Positions 55,510 through 62,992 of a DNA stretch of 64,000 nucleotides are shown piece after piece. Source of the stretch: an uncultured Spirochaetota bacterium (GTDB taxonomy: Bacteria > Spirochaetota > UBA4802 > UBA5550); the NCBI GenBank assembly GCA_963827275.1, contig CAWHAA010000010.1, positions 64,001 through 128,000 of the forward strand, given 5' to 3'. The position numbers and the translations under genes are program-made. The notes below the pieces were generated by a model. That model worked only from the letters and a program-made list of their open reading frames with translations, did not search any database and was not told where the DNA came from. Each line of letters starts with the position of its first letter. Within the stretch, counting starts at the first letter, position 1.

Positions 55510-57213
55510 TCATTGATTATATGTAAAATACTTCAATAGTGCTATGTTCTCCGCTCTTTCAACTATTTCCAGAATGACAATCCCGGGGCGTTCTTTTTCA
55601 ATTATGGATTTATTAAATCCATTGCCCCAGTGCAGATCGCGAATATCCTCAAAATCATTTTTTAAATATCCCGAAAGAGAGTCGCCAAAGCTGTCATGAA
55701 AAAATAGAACCTTTTTTATTTTTTTTTTATCCTGCAGTTTGGATATATTTTTATGTTCTACTATAACATTATGATCAATAAAATACTGGGGCAACAGCAT
55801 CAATCTGCTTAAATCGGAACGAAACGTTTTGCCGGTGATGGATGAAATAGTATATTCGTTATATGAAAACAGGCCAATGAAGGGAAACAGCTGCGCGATA
55901 TATTGCTTAAGCCGGGAATATGCCACAAGTGCTCCATATTCATTCCAGTGGGTATCGGTTTTAAAATATACCGGATACTTTTTTTTCGCCTCCATCAGAT
56001 CCTTTCTGATGTCAATTATATGAATGTCGGATGTATTTTTCAAATAACTTATTATCTGGTCAAGCCTGGTAGCGGGAAGAACTCTTTTAATGATGTCGGG
56101 AAGAAATTCCGGATATATGGTTTCCTTGTTCGGCGCTATTAATATCGCATACTGTATTCCCATTCCACGAAGATAATTTCTTTGGGATTCAAGACTATTT
56201 TTTATTTTTTCAAGGTCTTCCTGCGAATTTGCGGCGAGACCCATCCAGTCCCTGATTGTGATATATTCCGGTGTTCGTTTCTCGGAATAAAAAAATAACC
56301 AACCGTCCTTGCCTCTGATAACATAGGGAACCGGCGAGTTGTTAAGAAGATAATACTTGAAAAGGCTGTTGCAGAGGAGCAGATGGTTCCTGAATCCAAA
56401 GTAATCGTTAAAATATTTTTCATATTTTTTATATAGTTCAGTCATATCGCTGTTTTTAAACATTGGTTTGTGGGACAATTCGCGCTGTTCGACATTTTCA
56501 AGTTCCTTGAAAAAATGAAGTCCCATATTCATCGCTGGCAGCGAAACCAGTATGATGAATAAAACGGTCATCGATGTATTGATCACATTTCTGGCTGCCC
56601 TGTTAATAACTATTTCATGAACAAAAAAGCGGATGCCAATACACGCCAGAAATAGAAAAAATATCAGGCTCAATTTAATCAATAATTTATATGCCGCGGG
56701 AATGCCGGCATATATTTTACCCATGCCGGCATATGCAATATTAGGGTCATCCTGATTGGATTCAATATATACCTGTCCATCTTTATCGGCAAAGCTGCTG
56801 ATTGATTTATTGCAGATGAAATCTTTGACGATATTGCGTGAATCCCAGGTATACAGTGTGAGGAAGAGGTATTTCAGTGAAATTGATTTTATGACACCGG
56901 CGCTTTTCCGGGTCCATGGATCCAGTCTAAAAATTTTAATAGTTTTATAAAAAGGCAGATCAAAATTTATTTCCTGTGGTATTTTATCACGTTTGTTTAG
57001 TACTGATTTTTCACTATCGATTTCATTTAAATTCCTCCCGATATCATAGTAAACTTGAAATATATCTTTTTGTTGAAATGAGTGCAATTCAACGGACAGG
57101 GTTGTGATAGGGACATTTTTGATTATTATCCATACGGATAACACGATAAAAATGGAAACGAGAAGAAACTCGACCGCGCGAATGACTTTATTTTGATGAA
57201 ATACTACACCCAT
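55510..57213 (-). CDS. AlgJ/AlgX-like SGNH O-acetyltransferase, paralog of 52157..53878
   Basis: GKDGWLF, IAPNKETIYPEFLP, KTDTHWN, HDSFG, EIVER. Confidence 0.85.
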   Translation of the reverse strand: MGVVFHQNKVIRAVEFLLVSIFIVLSVWIIIKNVPITTLSVELHSFQQKDIFQVYYDIGRNLNEIDSEKSVLNKRDKIPQEINFDLPFYKTIKIFRLDPWTRKSAGVIKSISLKYLFLTLYTWDSRNIVKDFICNKSISSFADKDGQVYIESNQDDPNIAYAGMGKIYAGIPAAYKLLIKLSLIFFLFLACIGIRFFVHEIVINRAARNVINTSMTVLFIILVSLPAMNMGLHFFKELENVEQRELSHKPMFKNSDMTELYKKYEKYFNDYFGFRNHLLLCNSLFKYYLLNNSPVPYVIRGKDGWLFFYSEKRTPEYITIRDWMGLAANSQEDLEKIKNSLESQRNYLRGMGIQYAILIAPNKETIYPEFLPDIIKRVLPATRLDQIISYLKNTSDIHIIDIRKDLMEAKKKYPVYFKTDTHWNEYGALVAYSRLKQYIAQLFPFIGLFSYNEYTISSITGKTFRSDLSRLMLLPQYFIDHNVIVEHKNISKLQDKKKIKKVLFFHDSFGDSLSGYLKNDFEDIRDLHWGNGFNKSIIEKERPGIVILEIVERAENIALLKYFTYNQ

Positions 57214-57262
57214 TGCACTGCCCTTGCTGCATTAAATCACTCAGGAAGCGGTACTCTGTCAA

Positions 57263-57670
57263 CTATTTATTCAACATACGCTCAAATCTTCGTTTGGAGG
57301 GCATTATATGATGCGGCGTGATTCCGCTTCGCATGCAACAATATCTGGCGGAAAGGATTTTAGATTCGCTGGCAGGTACAGTGCGGATTAAGGTACGCTG
57401 GCAGGCATTGATCGCCGCTACGTCGCTCGTGGCGGGACTCCCCACCTCCTGCCCGTGATTAAAACATTCGTCGACGTCGTACCCTGCATCTTCAATGACG
57501 CTCCGAATATCGTCAATCGTTACGGTTTTATCGTCAAATTCCACGGTCACTTTTTTCGTATTCGGGTCAGCGTTGACGTTTATAATACCTGTCAGTTCAT
57601 TTACCGCATTTTCAATGATCATCTTGCAGTGGTTGCAGCTCATGTCAGGGGTGCTTAATATTTTTTTCAT
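57263..57670 (-). CDS. copZ: CopZ-like heavy-metal-associated chaperone (tail after about aa 68 doubtful)
   Basis: DMSCNHC metal motif, IEDAGYDV; RBS AGGAGG. Confidence 0.8.
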   Translation of the reverse strand: MKKILSTPDMSCNHCKMIIENAVNELTGIINVNADPNTKKVTVEFDDKTVTIDDIRSVIEDAGYDVDECFNHGQEVGSPATSDVAAINACQRTLIRTVPASESKILSARYCCMRSGITPHHIMPSKRRFERMLNK

Positions 57671-57720
57671 TTGTTGTTTCCTCCTGATGATACTCTGAAC
57701 AGACTCGTTTTACAGGAATT

Positions 57721-57850
57721 CTATTTACCCGGAAATTCAACAACCTTTTTAACGATATTGTCTTTCGTGAAACCGAAATACTCCGCCAGCGCCTTTGCGG
57801 GCCCGGACACCCCGAGCTGCTCCATGGTGATGTAGAGGGCGTGGGGCCGT
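57721..57850 (-). pseudogene. tkt: Transketolase C-terminal remnant
   Basis: ITMEQLGVSGPAKALAEYFGFTKDNIVKKV resembles the transketolase C-terminus (FGxSxP...FGFT..NI); the rest of the gene is absent. Confidence 0.65.
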
Positions 57851-57881
57851 CCTCTCCTGCGAAAAACAAGTCGTGGGTGAA

Positions 57882-58000
57882 GAAAACTTAAGCCACTATC
57901 CGGCGCTTTTTCTGCCGGAGGGGGCTTAATCTGAGAGGGGCCTGTTTCACATAAAACGCGTTGTGTCACCTGTTCATGAACTGAACAGGTAGCTTTTCCC
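57882..58000 (+). repeat. Structured dispersed repeat, copy R3
   Basis: TTAAGCC...TCCGGCGCTTTTTCTGCCGGAGGGGGCTTAATCTGAGAGGGG...ATAAAACGC. Confidence 0.8.
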
Positions 58001-58216
58001 AATATAATAATGATAAGATTTTTTCAAGTTTATTGATCTGAGAGATTCAATATAAAGAAAAAACATTGATTTTTTAAATAATAAGCATAAGGTATAACCG
58101 ATTTATAGAATCTCATTATACATTTATAGATAGCGCCCTATTTTCTGTTTGAATATAAATAGTATATTGAGAAAAAAATTAAACAATCTGATATGTTATA
58201 TAATACCAGGAGGGAT

Positions 58217-58834
58217 ATGATGACACGTATCTTTGCGTTTTTGCTTGTAGTATCGTTTCTTGTCGGGTGCTCGTCTTTTGAAGTTGCGGTAAATGACGAT
58301 CCATTTAAAGGCACCACCTTCGTATCTGCGGACATGTGGCACAAGGTTATTGATCAAAATAAAATGGTGTTTGATAATCAGAGGTTCTTGTATGAAAAGG
58401 AGATAAAAAAAGGGAAGGTTTCAAATCCAACGGCATATTTTCTGTTCAAACTCGCGGTTGTTTCTATATTGGGATACAATGGCGAAGATTTTGAAAAAAC
58501 CGCATATATAGTGTGCGATAACAAAAATTTCAAAGCCAATATAATTGACTATAACAAGGTTGAAAGGACTAATGTATCTGGTGAAGCCAAAAGTACAATA
58601 AACTGGGTCAATAGGACAACATCTGCAGAATCAGAAATTGGTACTTCACATATTTGCACAGTTACCGGTAAAATCGTATTGACTCCAGATATTCAACAGG
58701 CAATAGCAAATTGCAGCGTATATATGATACGGTTTTATTTAGCCAAAAACAATGTGCCGGTGACTTTACAGGCAACTGATTCTCAATTAGATGCGGTTAA
58801 GAGGTTTATATCAGTGGATGCTTCAAATAAATAG
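58217..58834 (+). CDS. Hypothetical lipoprotein
   Basis: RBS AGGAGG, lipobox LVGC, DDPFKG motif; AT-rich codon usage. Confidence 0.8.
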   Translation: MMTRIFAFLLVVSFLVGCSSFEVAVNDDPFKGTTFVSADMWHKVIDQNKMVFDNQRFLYEKEIKKGKVSNPTAYFLFKLAVVSILGYNGEDFEKTAYIVCDNKNFKANIIDYNKVERTNVSGEAKSTINWVNRTTSAESEIGTSHICTVTGKIVLTPDIQQAIANCSVYMIRFYLAKNNVPVTLQATDSQLDAVKRFISVDASNK

Positions 58835-58896
58835 AAAAGCAGAAGAGTTAAATAGGGTTAATGATTCTTCTTCCGTACCGGAGATGTAGGTAAATA

Positions 58897-58983
58897 GAAT
58901 TTTTAAGCCCCTTTCCAGCGCTTTTTCTGCCGGAGGGGGCATAATTTGAGAGGGGTTCGGCTTCTGATAAAACACATTCAGCA
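58897..58983 (+). repeat. Structured dispersed repeat, copy R4 (3' truncated)
   Basis: GAATTTTTAAGCCCCTTTCCAGCGCTTTTTCTGCCGGAGGGGGCATAATTTGAGAGGGGTTCGGCTTCTGATAAAAC. Confidence 0.8.
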
Positions 58984-58984
58984 T

Positions 58985-59054
58985 TTTATCACGTGCCCCC
59001 TATGGGGGACAGGGGGTAATACTTTATCACGTGCCCCCATCGGGGGACAGGGGG
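58985..59054. repeat. Tandem 32-bp hairpin repeat (two copies, 38-bp period)
   Basis: TTTATCACGTGCCCCC[TAT/ATC]GGGGGACAGGGGG at 58985 and 59023. Confidence 0.85.
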
Positions 59055-59074
59055 GCAGTCAGCGGTAACGCCGT

Positions 59075-59923
59075 TTATCTCTTCTTCGCTATATACTCTT
59101 CCAGCTCATCAAGCAACCCAGCCGGCACCGGGCACCCTTTTTGATAGTTCCCGATCGTCTCTTCCTTGTCGCCGTGGAAATCGCTCCCGCCCGTGACGAG
59201 GAGACCATACTTCCGCGCCAGGGCCTGGTACTGATCCGCCAGTTCCGGCGTATGCATTGACGCGTACGCCTCGAGCCCCTCGATGCCTGACCTGACGAAT
59301 CCCTTTAATAGTCTTTCGAACTCATCCATGTCGCGGCATTCCAGCGACACCGGGTGCGCGATGACCGGTATGCCGCCCGACGCCTTGATCAGGGCGATCG
59401 CCTCCTCGAATTCAATCCGCACCTTTTTCACGTACCCTGGCTTGCCCGGTACGAGGTAGTTCTGGAATATCTCCCGTATCGCGGGGGCATACCCGTGACT
59501 GACCATGACCCGGGCGACATGCGGACGTCCGATGGCGGCCGCCCCCGCCTCCGCCAGGACCTCGTCTATCGGGATATCGATGCCATGCTCTTTCAGGTCG
59601 TCGATGATGCGGTGGACCCGGGTGGCCCGCAACTCGGACAGGGTCTTCACCCTCTTCCGAAGATCTTCATGCCGGTAGTCCAGGTTGAGGCCGATAAGGT
59701 GAAACGAGCCGGTCGGGTACTCGATGCTGAATTCCACGCCGGGGAAAAGGCGAAACCTGACCGACGAGGCATATTCCATCGCTTCCGGCAGCCCGTCAAC
59801 CGTATCGTGGTCGGTGATTGCCATGGCGACGAGACCGCCGCTGCGCGCGAGATCTATAAGCCTGGTGGGTGTATATATCCCGTCCGAGGCGGTGGTGTGG
59901 GTGTGCAGGTCGATTTTTTTCAT
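59075..59923 (-). CDS. PHP domain phosphoesterase (TrpH/YciV-like)
   Basis: DLHTHTTASDG, AITDHD, GRPHVA, AHP, TGGSDFHG. Confidence 0.9.
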   Translation of the reverse strand: MKKIDLHTHTTASDGIYTPTRLIDLARSGGLVAMAITDHDTVDGLPEAMEYASSVRFRLFPGVEFSIEYPTGSFHLIGLNLDYRHEDLRKRVKTLSELRATRVHRIIDDLKEHGIDIPIDEVLAEAGAAAIGRPHVARVMVSHGYAPAIREIFQNYLVPGKPGYVKKVRIEFEEAIALIKASGGIPVIAHPVSLECRDMDEFERLLKGFVRSGIEGLEAYASMHTPELADQYQALARKYGLLVTGGSDFHGDKEETIGNYQKGCPVPAGLLDELEEYIAKKR

Positions 59924-60278
59924 AGACGTCAGGTATGGAAATTTAGAATTTTATCAAGCAATTAAATTTAACGAATTCCATAATCAGTTACGTCTTACAG
60001 GTCGTCTCAAAATTTCGTCCATACGAACCATGAGTATATCACCACAGGATTACCGCGCGTCGGAAAAAAGCCTGTGGCCTGCGGAATCGGCGCCATCCGT
60101 GGCGCTGAAGACTGCAGGACAGTCCTCGACGCTTAGCTACGTTTTTCGACACTTCATCGATGCGCTAATTGTTACTTGCTTTTTTTGCATGGTTATCCAA
60201 ACTAATACATATCAAAATAAATTTATCGTCGCCGCCCCGGACGGGATGTACAGTATTAGTATTACAGGGAGTAGCAGC

Positions 60279-61781
60279 ATGCCATCGGCCCTCGACAGGT
60301 TCAAGGAGAGATGGGCGCGGATCAGCGTCCTCGAGCAGACCATCGCCATCCTGGGCTGGGACATGGAGACCTTCATGCCGGAGGAAGGAGTCAACGCCCG
60401 CTCCGAGCAGATCGCCCTCCTCACCGAACTGGCGCACCGCTGGCTCGTGTCAGACGAGACGGCGCGCCTCATCGGGGACGCGGAGGAGGAGGCGTCAGGA
60501 AAAGAATACTTTTCCGACGAGGCGGCCATGCTCCGGGTGGCGCGGCGTGCCTACCTGCAAAAGGTCAAGCTCCCCGAAGCGCTGGTAACGCGCCTCGCCC
60601 GCACGACCGCGAAAGCGAACAGCGTCTGGATCAGCGCACGGAAAAACGCCGACTTCGGCATGTTCGCTCCCATCCTTTCGGAGATAATCGAAATCAACCG
60701 GGAAGAGGCGGACCTGCTCGGCTACTCCGGGCACCCCTACGACGCCCTGCTTGACCTGTACGAGCCTGATTTAAAGACCGCGGAAACGGACCGTCTGTTC
60801 GCCGAGATGAAACGCGAGCTCGTTCCGCTGGTCCGCGAGATCACCGGCCGCGGCCCTGCCCCGGGAAACGCCCTGTTAACGCAGAAGTTCGACACCTCCC
60901 GGCAGGAGGCCTTCGGGCTCCGGGTATTACGTGACATGGGATATGATTTCAAAAGGGGGCGCCAGGACCGCTCCGCCCATCCCTTCACTACGTCGTTTAC
61001 GCCGTATGACGTGCGCATAACGACTCGCTTTGACGAGGGCGACCTCCTCTCCGCGCTCTTCAGCACGATCCACGAGGGGGGACACGCGCTCTATGACCAG
61101 GGCCTGCCCCTCGACCTGGTCAACACCCCGCTCTGCCAGCCCATTTCACTGGGCGTGCACGAGTCGCAGTCCCGGCTGTGGGAGAACATCGTCGGCCGCA
61201 GCAGGGGGTTCTGGCGGCACTACCTGCCCGTTTTGAAAGAGCATTTCCCCGGCCAGGTTGACGCGGTGGAGCCTGACGAGTTTTACCGCGCAGTCAACCG
61301 CGTTGCGCCCGGCTTCATCCGGGTGGAATCCGACGAGCTGACCTACAACCTGCACATCTTCATACGCTTTGAAATTGAAAAGGAGCTGGTCGCAGGATCT
61401 CTACCGGTACAGGACATCCCCGTGACCTGGAATGAAAAGTACCGGGACTATCTCGGCGTCATGCCTCCGGATGACGCGGCGGGGTGCCTCCAGGACATTC
61501 ACTGGGCGCACGGCGCCATCGGATATTTCCCCACCTACACGATCGGCAACCTTCTTTCGGCCCAGCTCTACAACAGGTCCCTTGAGGAGGTCCCGTCCAT
61601 CCCCTCCGCGATTGAAACGGGCGACTTCACCCCGCTCCTTTCGTGGCTCAGGGACCGGGTGCACAGACACGGCTCGCGGTACACTTTCAGTGAGCTGGTG
61701 CGCGCTGTCACCGGCGGAGACATACAGGTGCGGCCCTACATGGCATACCTTGCTGGCAAATTCAGGGCGATATATTCATAA
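60279..61781 (+). CDS. Carboxypeptidase M32 (Taq-type)
   Basis: LGWD, YDALLD, HPF, HEGGH, HESQ, DELTYNLH, LQDIHW, GYFPTY; RBS GGGAG. Confidence 0.93.
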   Translation: MPSALDRFKERWARISVLEQTIAILGWDMETFMPEEGVNARSEQIALLTELAHRWLVSDETARLIGDAEEEASGKEYFSDEAAMLRVARRAYLQKVKLPEALVTRLARTTAKANSVWISARKNADFGMFAPILSEIIEINREEADLLGYSGHPYDALLDLYEPDLKTAETDRLFAEMKRELVPLVREITGRGPAPGNALLTQKFDTSRQEAFGLRVLRDMGYDFKRGRQDRSAHPFTTSFTPYDVRITTRFDEGDLLSALFSTIHEGGHALYDQGLPLDLVNTPLCQPISLGVHESQSRLWENIVGRSRGFWRHYLPVLKEHFPGQVDAVEPDEFYRAVNRVAPGFIRVESDELTYNLHIFIRFEIEKELVAGSLPVQDIPVTWNEKYRDYLGVMPPDDAAGCLQDIHWAHGAIGYFPTYTIGNLLSAQLYNRSLEEVPSIPSAIETGDFTPLLSWLRDRVHRHGSRYTFSELVRAVTGGDIQVRPYMAYLAGKFRAIYS

Positions 61782-61933
61782 AAAAACATCAATAGAGCGG
61801 AAAAAAATTACTTTACATCCCGCTCATCACTTTTTCAATTTACTAAAAGTCCAGCCCGGCAGGGCTGGATTAATTGCCGTCATTTCAGCGGCGAAACAGA
61901 TATATAAAAAATATTATAAAGGGTAGACACATT

Positions 61934-62881
61934 ATGTTCATCGGTATTGATATCGGGGGATCAAAAACGAAAGGCATCCTTACGGACCGCACCGGCAAGG
62001 AGCTGAGCTTCAAGGAGATTGAAACAAAAAAGACAGCGAAAGAGATCGACGATGACCTCTACCAGATCATCGAGACGCTCGCCACGTCCGCGTCAATTTC
62101 AAAAATGGACATCACGGCGGTGGGGATCGGCACTCCCGGTCCGATTGACAAAGAAAAAGGCGTTATCCTGAAGGCGCCGAACATCCCCGCGTTCAGCAAC
62201 CATCCTATCGTGAAAAACCTTGAGGCGCGGACCGGCATACGGGTGTTCCTTGAAAACGACGCCACGGTCGCCATCCTCGGCGCCTGGTGGAAAGAGAACG
62301 TCAGCAAGTACCGCAACTGGCTCATGATAACCCTGGGGACCGGCATCGGCGGCGGCCTGATCATCGACAACAAGATTTATACCGGCCAATCGGGCAACGC
62401 GATGGAAGTGGGCCACATGACCATCGACCTGAACGGCAAGGAATGCCCCTGCGGGAACCGCGGCTGCTGGGAGCGGTACGCGTCCGGCCCGGCGCTCGTC
62501 GAGCTTGCCCTGGCCCACCTGAAAAAGCAGAAAGGCTCCTCCATCGCCGCCCGCATGAAGACCGAGGAACTGACGCCCCTCATGGTGTACGAGGAGGCCG
62601 TGAAAAAGGACGAGACGGCGCTGGCCATCTTCGAAGAATACTCGACCTACGTCGGGATCGGCATAGTCAATCTTGTGAACATCTTCAACCCGGAAGCGAT
62701 ATTCCTGGGCGGCGGGCTCTCGCAGTCCTACCGGATCATGCTCCCGACGGTCAAGCGTATCATCAAGAAAAGCGCGTGCCCCGGCTTCAAGGACAATGTC
62801 ACGCTCTACGCGATAAGCGACCCGCTGAAGATCCCGGCGTACGGCGCGGCAAAGATCGCGATCAACGCCACGGGCGCCTGA
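61934..62881 (+). CDS. ROK family sugar kinase (glucokinase-like)
   Basis: GIDIGGSK, ENDA, TLGTGIGGG, EVGH...CPCGNRGCWE. Confidence 0.9.
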   Translation: MFIGIDIGGSKTKGILTDRTGKELSFKEIETKKTAKEIDDDLYQIIETLATSASISKMDITAVGIGTPGPIDKEKGVILKAPNIPAFSNHPIVKNLEARTGIRVFLENDATVAILGAWWKENVSKYRNWLMITLGTGIGGGLIIDNKIYTGQSGNAMEVGHMTIDLNGKECPCGNRGCWERYASGPALVELALAHLKKQKGSSIAARMKTEELTPLMVYEEAVKKDETALAIFEEYSTYVGIGIVNLVNIFNPEAIFLGGGLSQSYRIMLPTVKRIIKKSACPGFKDNVTLYAISDPLKIPAYGAAKIAINATGA

Positions 62882-62992
62882 TTCTTCCCCGTCGCCCGAG
62901 CGCCGGAGAAAAATAGTCGCATTTTTCTTGACTTTTACCCGTCGCTGGCGCTATTGGTCATAGCGCAGCAAAACAAAACGCAGTGAAACGAC

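Noticed and set aside
42388..58983. Repeats R1-R4 as canonical integron attC sites
   Set aside because: No RYYYAAC...GTTRRRY boundaries on either strand and no intI in the window; kept only as an analogy
58985..59054. Possible mini-CRISPR (32-bp palindromic direct repeats)
   Set aside because: Only two units separated by 6 bp, and no cas genes in the window
59724..60278. 185-aa N-terminal extension of the M32 peptidase (similar extensions on birA and wzt ORFs)
   Set aside because: Overlaps the opposite-strand gene or intergenic DNA; family similarity and the RBS start downstream
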